A DNA stretch of 64,000 nucleotides from Chryseolinea sp. (GTDB lineage Bacteria; Bacteroidota; Bacteroidia; Cytophagales; Cyclobacteriaceae): assembly GCA_035489615.1 (NCBI GenBank), contig DATHKA010000522.1:2420-66419 (forward strand), in the 5' to 3' direction. The translations under genes were made by a program, and so were the position numbers. Each line of letters opens with the position of its first letter. Position 1 is the stretch's first letter. The notes beneath the pieces are model-generated. The model was given only the letters and a program-made list of their open reading frames with translations. It had not been told where the DNA came from and did not search any database. Below are positions 21,875 through 32,750 of the stretch, one piece after another.

Positions 21875-24256
21875 ATGAACATAACGAGATTCAAAATTTT
21901 ATTGCCGGCAACACTGGCTGCTTTATTGACTTCCCTGATTTTTGATTTGTCTGCCCAGGCAATAACCTTGCAGCACGTTACTATTTTTCAGGAAAAAATT
22001 TCATTGGGCAACGGGGAAATTGCCGCGGCGGAAATGTTGAGCGAGGAAGTTGCCAAACGAACGGGAGCAAAATGGCCCGTATCGGTCACGTGGCCTGCTT
22101 CCGGCGATGTGATCGTGCTGAAAAAAGCTGCCGCAAAAACAAAGCTGCCGTTTTCAATTCCCGCTGCGCCCCGGCTGGCAAAGAAGAGCGAGTCGTATCG
22201 CCTTGTAAATGTTCAGCATCAGGGCCAAAGGGTGATCATCATAGAGGGTGTTGATGATCGTGGCGTTCTCTTTGGAACAGGCTACCTGCTCAGAACCATG
22301 CAGTATACCGGAAACAGCGTTGGCCTTGATCAGCTTCCGTCCGTAGCCAGCAGCCCGGATAAATTTATGCGCGGCCATCAATTAGGCTTCCGCAATACAG
22401 CTAATTCATGGGATGCCTGGACCAAGCAGGAATTTGAACAGTACATACGCGACCTGGTGGTATTCGGAACCAACAGCATCGAATCGATCCCGATTTTTGA
22501 TGAAAGCGTAAGCCCTCATTTTAAGGTTCAGCCAGCTGAAATGAATGCGTTCATCAGTACGATATGCCAGAAATATTCGCTGGATTACTGGATGTGGATT
22601 CCCGCGCAATTTGACTTAAAAGATATGGCCCTTCGGAGCAAGTACCTCAGCACCTTTGAGGAGATATGCAAGCAATCGGTTCGCATCAACGGTGTGTTTT
22701 TCCCAGGCGGTGACCCCGGTGACAATCCTCCTGAATTGGTTATACCACTTTTGCAGGATTTGGCCGTCATTCTAAAGAAGTATCACCCGCAAGCAAGTAC
22801 CTGGGTATCCTTACAAGGTTTTACGCCCGCACAAAGCCAGTATGTGTATAAATACATCCAGGATAAAATGCCGGCCTGGTTAGGCGGCTTGATCACCGGC
22901 CCCAGCAGCCCGACCGTTGAAGAAACAAGAGCTGTATTGCCTGCCAGGTACAAATTGCGTCACTATCCTGATCTTACCCACAACGTGCGATGTGAATTCG
23001 AAATTCCGTGGTGGGATCCTTCGTTCAGCTTAACCCTGGGAAGAGAGGCGATCAATCCCAGACCGTACCATTACTCGGCCATATACCATGCCCTTGATCC
23101 CTACATTGACGGATTCATCTCGTATTCAGATGGTGTGCATGACGACGTTAATAAAATCATCTGGACGGCCCTGGCGTGGGACCGGAAAGCAGACGAACGC
23201 AAAATCCTGCAGGAGTACAGTAACTATTTTTTCGGGAGCGCTGTTGCCGAAGAGGCAGCAGACGGCATTCTGGCATTAGAGAAAAACTGGCAAGGCCCCA
23301 TCGTTTCCAACGGTGGCATCGCTACGACACTTACCGCGTGGAAAGCGCTTGAAAAAGAAAATCCATCGCTGGATAATAACTGGCGTTGGCAAATGAATCT
23401 TCTGAGGGCTTATTATGATGCGTATACCCGGGCCCGTTACATCTATGAGACACAATTGGAACAGCAAGTGAATGAAAAGTTATTGGAGGCAGCGTCGATC
23501 GGTGCCGATGCAGCAATGAAAGAGGCCAACACCATTCTGGCAAAAGCGGAAACACAACCGGTCATGACGGAAGTCCATACGCACATCATTGATTTATGTG
23601 AAGCACTTTACAAGTCGGTTAGCCTGCAAACCAGCGTAAAAAAGTACCAGGCGTCTGGTCTCGAGAGGGGTGCTGTACTGGATTTTCTGGATCGGCCCTT
23701 GAATAATCGCTGGTGGCTGGAAGATGAATTCAAAAAAATACAAGCCCTCCCTGAAGACGATAAAGTTATGGCACTCGAGGTTATTGCGAATTGGGAAAAA
23801 GCAGGTCAGGGCAGCTATTATGATGAAGTCGGAAATGTTGGTAAATCTGTTCATGAAATGAAAGGTGAAGATTGGAGGATGGATCCCATCCTGCGAAAGA
23901 ATTTTAACCCGGGTTACGATTTTTCAGATAACGGCCTTAGTCGTAAAAGGCTTTCGTGGCTCACGTATATGCGATGGCCCATAGCCATGGAGTACGACAA
24001 CATCGATACGGCTGCGCGCTATACGGTAAAGATCAACGGGATGGGTGAATGTCTTCTGAAGATAAACGGACAGCGTGTAGCGCCCAGTCGTTATGGCAGA
24101 GCCTATGGAGAGATAAAGGAGTTTCCCGTTCCGCAGGCATTGGTGGAGCAAGGCAAGCTGGTGTTGACATGGGACGATATCAATGAAGATTTCCTCAACT
24201 GGCGGAAGCAATCCAGGGTTACGGAGGTATGGCTGGTGAAAGATACAGGACATTAG
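21875..24256 (+). CDS. Secreted ~790-aa protein of unknown function with GH20/GH67-type N-terminal domain (paralogue B)
   Basis: Signal peptide; IEGVDDRGVLFGTGYLLR; shares GHQLG.R..NS.DA, FGTNSIE, PGGDPG, YPD.TH and LGRE.INPRP with paralogue A. Confidence 0.8.
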   Translation: MNITRFKILLPATLAALLTSLIFDLSAQAITLQHVTIFQEKISLGNGEIAAAEMLSEEVAKRTGAKWPVSVTWPASGDVIVLKKAAAKTKLPFSIPAAPRLAKKSESYRLVNVQHQGQRVIIIEGVDDRGVLFGTGYLLRTMQYTGNSVGLDQLPSVASSPDKFMRGHQLGFRNTANSWDAWTKQEFEQYIRDLVVFGTNSIESIPIFDESVSPHFKVQPAEMNAFISTICQKYSLDYWMWIPAQFDLKDMALRSKYLSTFEEICKQSVRINGVFFPGGDPGDNPPELVIPLLQDLAVILKKYHPQASTWVSLQGFTPAQSQYVYKYIQDKMPAWLGGLITGPSSPTVEETRAVLPARYKLRHYPDLTHNVRCEFEIPWWDPSFSLTLGREAINPRPYHYSAIYHALDPYIDGFISYSDGVHDDVNKIIWTALAWDRKADERKILQEYSNYFFGSAVAEEAADGILALEKNWQGPIVSNGGIATTLTAWKALEKENPSLDNNWRWQMNLLRAYYDAYTRARYIYETQLEQQVNEKLLEAASIGADAAMKEANTILAKAETQPVMTEVHTHIIDLCEALYKSVSLQTSVKKYQASGLERGAVLDFLDRPLNNRWWLEDEFKKIQALPEDDKVMALEVIANWEKAGQGSYYDEVGNVGKSVHEMKGEDWRMDPILRKNFNPGYDFSDNGLSRKRLSWLTYMRWPIAMEYDNIDTAARYTVKINGMGECLLKINGQRVAPSRYGRAYGEIKEFPVPQALVEQGKLVLTWDDINEDFLNWRKQSRVTEVWLVKDTGH

Positions 24257-24360
24257 GGATGGCCTAAGAGCAATCGAATTGGGACACATATTGTCGATTA
24301 TCTAATCATTTATCGGAGGTTTGATGATTTGAGAGGTCAGGCCAACTTGAAAAACTCGCA

Positions 24361-27022
24361 TCAGTCAATCTTCAGACTCTGCGAAGGATTTTTCTTCACT
24401 ACGCGCCAGGTTTGTATGCCGACTGATAGCAGTGCAAATGCCAACGCGAGTACCAGCGGGACGATCAGATTGCTTACGCTGATCTGTATACGCAAGGCAA
24501 ATGTTTGAAGCCACTGCTCAATTGCCCACCACGTCAATGGCAAAGCGATAGCTCCGGCTATCACCACCATCAGTAAATATTCCCCGGTCAGTAAATGCAT
24601 GAGATGTTTCGCAGGTGCGCCAAGTACCTTTCGAATGCTCATTTCTTTCGCACGCTGGTTTAAAGAGAAGAGCGATAGCGCGAACCAATCCCAGGCACGA
24701 AATAGCAATGGCAAGTGCGCAAAAGAATTGGAATACGTTTTTTAATTGCCGTTCGCCAGTGTAAAGGCTTTCATAATGATCTGCGAGCATGAAATAGTCG
24801 AAGGCATTCTCGGGAAAGAACTTATCCCACTCGCTCTGTATGGCAAGAACGGTCGTTTTAAGATTGTCACCCATGGCCTGGGGCGATAGTTGAATGGACA
24901 AGAGTGATCCGTCATTGGCGGTATAGATTGCCGGACCAAGAGGTTTTTTCATTGAACGCTGATAGTAGTCATCGATCACGCCAACAATGCGACACGCATT
25001 TCCGTCCCAATGCATCACGGTCCCAATTGCGTCGTCGGGCCTCATAAAACCAAGTCGAACCGTACCGGTTTTATTGAGAATTATGGGCTCCACCTTGTTA
25101 AAGAATTTTTCGACCGGGTAATCCGCCGCCACAAAGTTCCGGCCAGCCAGCAATTTGAGTCCATAACCATCGATAAAGCCAGGATCAATGATATTTACAT
25201 AAAATACCTGTCGCTCGTCATTTTTTTCGCGACTCACACCGGCTGTCCAGCCTTCTGACGTTTCAAAGATTAACCCTGACGTAAATACTTTTTCGGCAAC
25301 CGAATGATTCTGCAAAGATGAACGCAGTTGGGTGAGACGTGTCCGGAATGATGAATCGGCGTTGGATGGACTCAGCACAACCAGTGTTCTTTTATAGTCA
25401 ATACCTGTATCCTTTTCGTTCATGACTCCAAATTGCCGGTTTAAAGCAATCACCGCCATCAGCAAAGCTATGGTACAGGCGAACTGAAACACTACCGACG
25501 AACGGCGAAACATTCCACGGCTCTTCATAAAAGTAAATTTTCCTTTGAGTACGCTTACGGTGGGAATCGATGCCATCACTCGTGCGGGCAGAAATCCAGA
25601 GATGAACATACCAGCAAAGAAAAGCCCTGTTATGATCCAGCCAGTCAAGCCCAGATCCGACCAGTAGATTTTATTCCAGGGGAATGTGATCCCGACATAC
25701 TCATAGAACCACGGCGCAATGACCGCTACCATTCCAACGCCGATGGCCATGCTGATTGCATTATACACCAAGGTCTCACTCAGGAACTGATGCGCAATCT
25801 GTCGGTACGTTGCGCCGGCAGTTTTTCTCACGCCTACTTCTTTGGCTCTGGCGAAAGAACGCGAAATTGAAAGATTGACATAATTGATCCAGGCCAGCGC
25901 TAGAACAACAAAGGCAATGAACAACAGGAAAACGATGCGATTGGGATCGGATGCGTCGTTAAGCTGATTTTCCGCTATCGAGTACAGGTGAATATCGGCT
26001 ACAGGTTCAAGGAAGATATCGTATTTCGTATTTTCCGGGGCCGGATATTTTGCAGCAAAGGAAGTCATCTTTGCCTGCACATCGTTCAGCAGAGTAAACT
26101 CATTTAGCAAGATGTAGGCAAAGCTGTCGAACGATTTACGATACTGGTTCTGATCGGTGGATGCGAAGGAAAGCAGAATATCATTTCGGTAATGCGAGTT
26201 CATTGGTTGATCTTCCATGACGGCCGAAACGGTATAATCATGCACATCACTGCTTCCGCGAAAATGCAATACTTTACCAATGGGGTCCTCGTCGCCGAAG
26301 TATTTAGTTGCTGTGGATTGGGAGATCACCACTGTGAATGGCGATCGGAGCGCATCTTTCGCATTGCCCGACTTAATCCTTATATCGAACATGTCTAAAG
26401 CCCCGTGCGTGGCATAGGCAACGTTCCTTTCATTAAACGTTCGGCTGATGCTGCCTTCATGGTAGGTGAACGAACAAGTGAACCACCATGCCGTTGTGGC
26501 AAATTGAGCAGACGCTTCAATGCCGGTCACGTTTCGCCGGATTTCCGACAACGCATCTACCGGTAGCGTTGCACTTTCGCTTCGAAGAATACCCTTTTCG
26601 TAAGTCCGCAGATTGACCCGGTAAATGTTGGATGCTTTGGGATAATACCTATCGAAGCTAAGTTCAAAGCTTGCATACTGAAATATTAGCAGGCATGCCG
26701 CGATGCTGCTAGATAGCGCGAAGATGGTGATGAAAGAGAATACTTTATTTTTCTGCATGTGTCGCATGGCCGTTGCCAGGTGATTCTGAAACAGAATCGC
26801 TTCGCGACGCGTTGTCATAATGTTGTTACGAAGAATGATTCCCGGCCGGAAAAACATAAGGGTTCGTAGGAACAACCGCAGGATGGACCTGGATCGGCCA
26901 TAGTGGTTGCGGTCTTGAAGGAACTTCTGCGTCAGGTCGCCTTCGATTTCTTCTGCAAGATGCGCGGGACAAAACAAGTTAAGCATGTGGAATATCCATC
27001 GGGGAGGAGATGACAAGCTCAT
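24361..27022 (-). pseudogene. ABC permease with N-terminal prefix domain, frameshifted by +1 near 24685
   Basis: Coding strand reads TGC CTG GGA TTG G TTC GCG CTA; removing one G gives CLGLFALSLFSLNQRAKEMSIRKVLGA and a continuous 886-aa product. Confidence 0.85.
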
Positions 27023-27185
27023 ATATGCTTATATTTTGTTAAGTAAATAAAATGAATCAATGTCAGATCTGCAAATTCTTTGTTTCTGTCATGGTCTATA
27101 GCCGATTACGATCGGCCTGTGGAGCTTTTGGGCAGTGCCGGCCTGGATGGTATCTCAACGGACGATTCTCATCAACGAGGCGCGC

Positions 27186-28385
27186 TCACGCATGCAGCAA
27201 GGCATAGCACTGGCGTGCAATCTCCAGCTCTTCGTTCGTAGGAACAATGAGGATCTTTACAGGTGAGTCTGTTGTGCTGATCTCGGTTACTCTATTGCCG
27301 CCTCCTTTGGTTTTTGGTGCATCCACGAATATTCCCAGCGACTCCATGTCTTTTGCAACCAGGCTTCTTGTCAGCGGATCATTCTCACCAACGCCTGCTG
27401 TAAACACGATCGCGTCCAGGCCATTGAGCACGGCGAAAAAAGCGCCGATGTATTTTTTGATGTGGTATGCATACATTTCGTACGCCAATACGGATTCCTC
27501 GTTTCCTTTGTCATACTCAGTTTTCACATCGCGCATGTCGCTGAATCCGGTAAGACCGAGCATTCCACTTTTTTTATTCAGGATAGTATTGACATCTTCC
27601 AGAGAATAGCCCAGATGATGGACCAGGTAAAAAATGATAGATTGATCGATATCGCCTGTACGTGTGCCCATGATCAGACCATTCATTGGTCCGAAGCCCA
27701 TCGTGGTGTCGATACAAACGCCATTCCGAACGGCGCTCATACTGCAGCCATTTCCCAAATGGATGGTAATGATCTTAGTGTCCTTCCTTTTTAAATACGC
27801 TGCTGCTTTTTCTGAAACATATTTATGACTCGTGCCATGAAACCCATAGGCGCGGATACCGTGCTCGTCGTAAAATGACCGGGGGATAGCAATGCGATAC
27901 GCGACAGGTGGCATCGTTTGATGAAAGGCGGTATCAAATACCGCCACCTGTCTGGCCGAGGAGAAAATTGCTTCGGCAACCTCAATACCCAGGTAGTTGG
28001 GTGGGTTATGAAGGGGAGCGAGTGAGAATAGTCTTTTGATTTCTTGTTTGACTTCGGGCGTTATGATCATCGTTTCAGAAAAGCTCTCGCCACCATGAAC
28101 TACGCGATGACCCACGACATCAATTTCTTTCTGGTCTTTGATGACGCCCATATCGGGATCGGTTAAGAGTCGCGATACCTCGGTTAGTCCGACAGCATGA
28201 TCTCGAATGGGTAAAATCTCTTTTTTTATTTTTTCGTGTTCGTGTATAAATGCTTTATGATGAAGCGTAGAGCTATCCTGTCCGATCCGGTCAATAAGCC
28301 CGGAGCAAATCACGCTTCCTTGGGGCATGCGAATGAGCTGGTATTTGATTGAACTGCTTCCGGAGTTAATGACAAAAACTTTCAT
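27186..28385 (-). CDS. ackA: Acetate kinase
   Basis: VINSGSSSIKYQ, GHRVVHGG, APLHNP, VFDTAFHQT, YGFHGTSH, HLGNGCS and PTNEE motifs. Confidence 0.97.
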   Translation of the reverse strand: MKVFVINSGSSSIKYQLIRMPQGSVICSGLIDRIGQDSSTLHHKAFIHEHEKIKKEILPIRDHAVGLTEVSRLLTDPDMGVIKDQKEIDVVGHRVVHGGESFSETMIITPEVKQEIKRLFSLAPLHNPPNYLGIEVAEAIFSSARQVAVFDTAFHQTMPPVAYRIAIPRSFYDEHGIRAYGFHGTSHKYVSEKAAAYLKRKDTKIITIHLGNGCSMSAVRNGVCIDTTMGFGPMNGLIMGTRTGDIDQSIIFYLVHHLGYSLEDVNTILNKKSGMLGLTGFSDMRDVKTEYDKGNEESVLAYEMYAYHIKKYIGAFFAVLNGLDAIVFTAGVGENDPLTRSLVAKDMESLGIFVDAPKTKGGGNRVTEISTTDSPVKILIVPTNEELEIARQCYALLHA

Positions 28386-28400
28386 AGTTGGTGCTAAAGA

Positions 28401-30488
28401 TTATTGCTGAGCCTGAATCGCGGTAATCACGACTGTATTGAATACATCGGCAACGGTACATCCTCGGCTGAGATCATTTACGGGTTTGTTGAGACCTTGC
28501 AGTATGGGTCCGATGGCCAGCGCGCCAGTTTCTCTTTGCACCGCTTTGTACGTATTGTTACCCGTATTGAGGTCGGGGAAAATTAAGACACTGGCTTGTC
28601 CGGCCACGGTTGAGTTTGGTATTTTCTTTTTGCCCACGGAAGGATCGACCGCCGCATCGTACTGAATGGGACCTTCAATTTTCAGATCAGGTCTTCTTTG
28701 CCGTACCATTTCCGTTGCCCGCCTGACTTTCTCGACGTCTGCGCCCTCGCCGGACGAACCGGAAGAGTACGAGAGCATGGCGATCTTCGGGTCGATGTTA
28801 AACATCTTGCTGGTTTCTGCCGAGGAAATGGCAATGTCTGCAAGCTGTTCGACCGTCGGATTTGGAATGACGGCACAGTCGCCAAATATCGACACGCGAT
28901 TCGGAAGGCACATGAAGAAGACGGAGGAGACTGTTGACACTCCGGGTTTGGTTTTAACAAACTGCAGCGCCGGTCGTATGGTATGTTGTGTCGTGTGCAC
29001 CGCTCCCGAAACCATTCCGTCGGCTTCACCTTTGTATACCATCATGGTACCGAAGTACGAGACATCCAGCATCAGGTCGCGCGCCATTTCCAATGAAACG
29101 TTCTTATTTTTCCGGAGCTCATAAAGGGTATTCACATATTCTTCATACCGACCGGAAGTGGCGGGGTTAATGATTTTTACTTTCTGCAGGTCCATGGTGA
29201 TATTGAGTCGCTGTAATGCCGCCTCAATGCTTTCCTGGTGACCCAGGATGGTGATATCAACCACATTTTGTTTGATCAATGCATCGGCAGCGATCAGTAT
29301 GCGATCGTCATCGCCTTCGGGAAGCACGATATGTTTCCTTTGTTCCTTTGCGCGCTTTACAATCTGATACTGGAACATCCGCGGGGTAAGGTTGGTATTG
29401 CGGAAGGAAATGATTTGTTCTTCTAAGGATTTGACATCTACGTACTGGTCAAACATACTGATGGCAAGGGCAATCTTTTCTTTATTCTCGGGATAGATAC
29501 GCGATTGTGTATTGGCCACACGCGTAACCGTTTTAAAGGTGCCGGTTTTTACGGAGATGATAGGAACAATGGTGTCCAATCCTTCAATCAGATTCATAAT
29601 TGTTTGTTCGGGCACTAGTCCTCCCGTGAGAATAAGGCCCGCAATTTTCGGATAGCTTTTCGAGATGTTGGCCTGCAGCGCACCGATGATGATATCACCG
29701 CGGTCCCCCGGTGTAACAATGAGGGTGTTCTTACTAAATCGGGAAAGACAGTTGTGTAATTGCATGGCACCAACAATGGAATCGTCAACCTGGTTGGTCA
29801 TCAGGTGTTCGCCAAACAGAATTTTGCCACCCACTGATTCAAATATTTCTTTCATAGTGGGACTTCCCAAATCTTTGCTTGCGGGAATCGACGCTACTAG
29901 AATTCCTTTTGGAAGCGCTTCTGTAAGCTGTGTCCGGATCGTGGCTTCTTTTTCAGTATCTATTTTGTTGGCAATGACCGTAATTACCTGGACGCCTTCA
30001 TCTATGAAACTCTTGGTAGTCGACACGGCATTGTCCACAATTTCTGAAACCGATTTTCCTTCACCTTTCACAATGATGGCCGCGGGAATACCCAGATTTT
30101 TGGCGATGGCAATATTTCCGTCGAATTCCAGGTTTGTGCTGGCGCCCCTGAAATCGGTTCCTTCCACCACCACAAAATCATTTTTTTCCTGTAGTTTCTT
30201 GAAGCGCTCAATGATCGTATCAATAACATACGCTTCGTTACGGGAATTGAAATGCTTAACCACTTCGTTACGGGTGAACGCAAACATATCCTGATACGGA
30301 ATGTCCAGGTTGAAATAGCCGGAGATGGTAGCGAGGTGTCTGTCTCTCTCGTTTCCTTCGCTGCTGATGATAGGTTTGAAGTAGGCTATTTTTTCTGATT
30401 TGCCTGTCAGTAAATTAACCAGGCCAAGCGCTATAATTGACTTGCCTGAGTAAGGTTCCGTAGTGTTGAGGTAGATGGCGTTTGTCAT
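28401..30488 (-). CDS. pta: Phosphate acetyltransferase (long form with DRTGG domain)
   Basis: YFKPI, TPGDRGD, IVLPEG, SGAVHTT, GPIQYDAA, GNNTYKAVQR and NDLSRG motifs; operon with ackA. Confidence 0.97.
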   Translation of the reverse strand: MTNAIYLNTTEPYSGKSIIALGLVNLLTGKSEKIAYFKPIISSEGNERDRHLATISGYFNLDIPYQDMFAFTRNEVVKHFNSRNEAYVIDTIIERFKKLQEKNDFVVVEGTDFRGASTNLEFDGNIAIAKNLGIPAAIIVKGEGKSVSEIVDNAVSTTKSFIDEGVQVITVIANKIDTEKEATIRTQLTEALPKGILVASIPASKDLGSPTMKEIFESVGGKILFGEHLMTNQVDDSIVGAMQLHNCLSRFSKNTLIVTPGDRGDIIIGALQANISKSYPKIAGLILTGGLVPEQTIMNLIEGLDTIVPIISVKTGTFKTVTRVANTQSRIYPENKEKIALAISMFDQYVDVKSLEEQIISFRNTNLTPRMFQYQIVKRAKEQRKHIVLPEGDDDRILIAADALIKQNVVDITILGHQESIEAALQRLNITMDLQKVKIINPATSGRYEEYVNTLYELRKNKNVSLEMARDLMLDVSYFGTMMVYKGEADGMVSGAVHTTQHTIRPALQFVKTKPGVSTVSSVFFMCLPNRVSIFGDCAVIPNPTVEQLADIAISSAETSKMFNIDPKIAMLSYSSGSSGEGADVEKVRRATEMVRQRRPDLKIEGPIQYDAAVDPSVGKKKIPNSTVAGQASVLIFPDLNTGNNTYKAVQRETGALAIGPILQGLNKPVNDLSRGCTVADVFNTVVITAIQAQQ

Positions 30489-30736
30489 GTTGAACTAAAC
30501 TGATTTGCTGACCATTTCGCAGGGCTGGCGTAAAACTAATGTTAGGCACCACTTCTGGCAGATTTTGCAAAAATCCGCGACGTCTCTGTGCAACACCATC
30601 AGGGATTCATCTTTTTGCTGTGAAGTAAAAATGCGAGGAGTACCCTCTAGAATATTCGTAGCAAATTATCATAAAACTTACATGAAGCCCAATCTTAAAC
30701 GGCAATTCAATATATTTAAACAAGCTTATCAGGCTT

Positions 30737-30988
30737 TTGTGTAATATTTTGAATAGGGATCTATACTTGGAAACTTCAGCAAATCAGGTAATCAACTGGG
30801 TTAATGATAACCTTCCTCCCTTAAGTTGGCGGATCATCACGATGGAAAACATGAAGGTCATGTCAAAGAATAAAATCTACCCATCAAAAATTGACGATAC
30901 AACCAAATTTAACGAGGAAGTGATGGCCGGCCTCACCCGTTCGATAAAGGAGCGTTATCAGAAAGAGTTGCCTAACTGTTGGATATAG
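30737..30988 (+). CDS. Small hypothetical protein
   Basis: 83-aa ORF ending 1 bp before the next start, suggesting an operon; no recognised family and start uncertain. Confidence 0.4.
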   Translation: MCNILNRDLYLETSANQVINWVNDNLPPLSWRIITMENMKVMSKNKIYPSKIDDTTKFNEEVMAGLTRSIKERYQKELPNCWI

Positions 30989-30989
30989 G

Positions 30990-31631
30990 ATGAAGCGGCG
31001 CGCAATTATTTTTTTCACATCCGCCCTTTTGGCAGTCATTCTAATCGGGTGGATCTTTTGGGAACAGGAAGTGAAGTATTCATTACCTACATCTATTCCG
31101 GATCATTTTAAAGATGTGGAATTGGGTCAGGCGATAGACCTATCGTTTTACCACCTTTTGCCGGGTAAGATAGCCATGCTTCATTTCTTTAATCCCCATT
31201 GTCCGTGCTCACGCTTTAATATGATGGAGTTTGAGCGCCTGTCAATGAAGTATAGAGACCAGGCAGACGTGTACGTCATCCTACAATCGTCAGACGAAAG
31301 TGACGTTGAGAAATTCAGGTCGAAGTACAAACTGAACCTGCCCGTTCTTTTGGATAAGAATGGCGAGATTTCGGATAGGTGTGGGATTTATTCAACTCCC
31401 CAGAGCGTGTTGCTCGATAGGGAATCCAGACTCTATTTCAAGGGCAATTACAATGCAGCACGTTATTGTTCGCGTAAAGAGACAAGCTTTGCTGAAATGG
31501 CAATGGACCACTTATTACAGGATGAAACGCTTCCACTTTGGATAACGACCGAATTGACGCTTCCTTACGGTTGTGCCCTTCCTTCAGATGAGTCGTATCC
31601 GCCGTTTGAAATCGCGCGCTTTTTTAACTGA
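30990..31631 (+). CDS. Membrane-anchored thioredoxin-fold (AhpC/TSA-like, DUF6436-like) protein
   Basis: N-terminal TM; HFFNPHCPCSRFN (CPCS), IYSTPQ cis-Pro loop, YFKGNYN..RYC, YGC. Confidence 0.75.
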   Translation: MKRRAIIFFTSALLAVILIGWIFWEQEVKYSLPTSIPDHFKDVELGQAIDLSFYHLLPGKIAMLHFFNPHCPCSRFNMMEFERLSMKYRDQADVYVILQSSDESDVEKFRSKYKLNLPVLLDKNGEISDRCGIYSTPQSVLLDRESRLYFKGNYNAARYCSRKETSFAEMAMDHLLQDETLPLWITTELTLPYGCALPSDESYPPFEIARFFN

Positions 31632-31638
31632 TTTTTAT

Positions 31639-32427
31639 ATGAGCATCACCACTTCAATAGAATCGTCAAGCATTCCGACTAGTTATCTCACCAGATTCAC
31701 TAGGCAGACCAATAAGCGGTCGGACGCACTCATTGAAATTTTTCTGATAGGATATTTTCTGTTTGGCTTGGCGATAGCGTCACAATACGATACATGGTTC
31801 ATCGCCATAACCATTGGAGGAATATTGATGGCGATCTATTTCCTTGCAAAAAGGATGTTTTCAGGGGGTACCGTCCATCAGTTTGTTGCCAGTGCTGTTG
31901 TCGGTGTTTTTATGGGACAGTTCATTTATCAAACTCACGGTTTGTTTGAAATGCATTTTTTTGCATTCATCGGAGCAACGCTGTTAATCACTTACCAGAA
32001 TTGGAAAGTCCAGATTCCATTAGCAATAGTTATAGTTTTGCATCATGCTGTTTTCGGATATTTGCAATACATTACGTTCATACAAAATGGTGCCGGTAAA
32101 GTATACTTTACGCAGCTGAATTATATGGACATACACACCTTTATAATGCATTGTTTTCTGGCCGTAATCATTTTGGTCATTTGTTGTTTATGGGCTTATG
32201 AACTGAAAAAGCGAACTGTCGAGAATGCCAAAAATATTCATGCTGTAGAAGAACTATCGATAAACTTTTCAAAGAATCTTGAATTTGCCAATATGCTAGC
32301 CAACGGCGTCTATGACCAGGCGACTGAAGTTGACAGAAAGGACCCGTTCGCTGTTGTTTTGGTTGAGTTGCAGGAGAAACTTAAAGCAACAAGAGTAGCA
32401 AATTCTGTCGACTTGAACGGAAAGTGA
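31639..32427 (+). CDS. His-rich polytopic membrane sensor-like protein with short HAMP-like tail and no output domain
   Basis: About six TM segments; QTHGLFEMHFFAF..LL..YQNWK and LHH motifs; tail FANMLANG...D..AVVLVELQEKL; 7 bp after the redoxin gene. Confidence 0.7.
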   Translation: MSITTSIESSSIPTSYLTRFTRQTNKRSDALIEIFLIGYFLFGLAIASQYDTWFIAITIGGILMAIYFLAKRMFSGGTVHQFVASAVVGVFMGQFIYQTHGLFEMHFFAFIGATLLITYQNWKVQIPLAIVIVLHHAVFGYLQYITFIQNGAGKVYFTQLNYMDIHTFIMHCFLAVIILVICCLWAYELKKRTVENAKNIHAVEELSINFSKNLEFANMLANGVYDQATEVDRKDPFAVVLVELQEKLKATRVANSVDLNGK

Positions 32428-32750
32428 ACAGGTGTGGTCATATAAAGGCCGCCCGAATGTAACATGTCGTTCGGCATGTGATACTCTACACTATAGTACG
32501 TTACGATCAGCACCGATGCCGTTTGTCGAGAAGAAGGGGCAATACTCTTCAATGGGCGGTTACAAGGCCTCTACAGGTGGGAAGCGGAGCAACCATCCCC
32601 CTGAACGGAAGTCCTTAGTTGAACAGTGTCGCCTTCGTTTTTTAGCGACGCAATTGTCACCTTTTAGTCAATGTCGGGTAATACAAGGGAATCCATGCAT
32701 CCAGTATGCCTGGGATTACTATCTCATTGTTCCACGGCAAACGCAACAGC

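Noticed and set aside
27186-30488. pta-ackA as the end of the sugar-acid pathway
   Set aside because: Housekeeping pair separated from the locus by a permease gene; proximity alone is insufficient.
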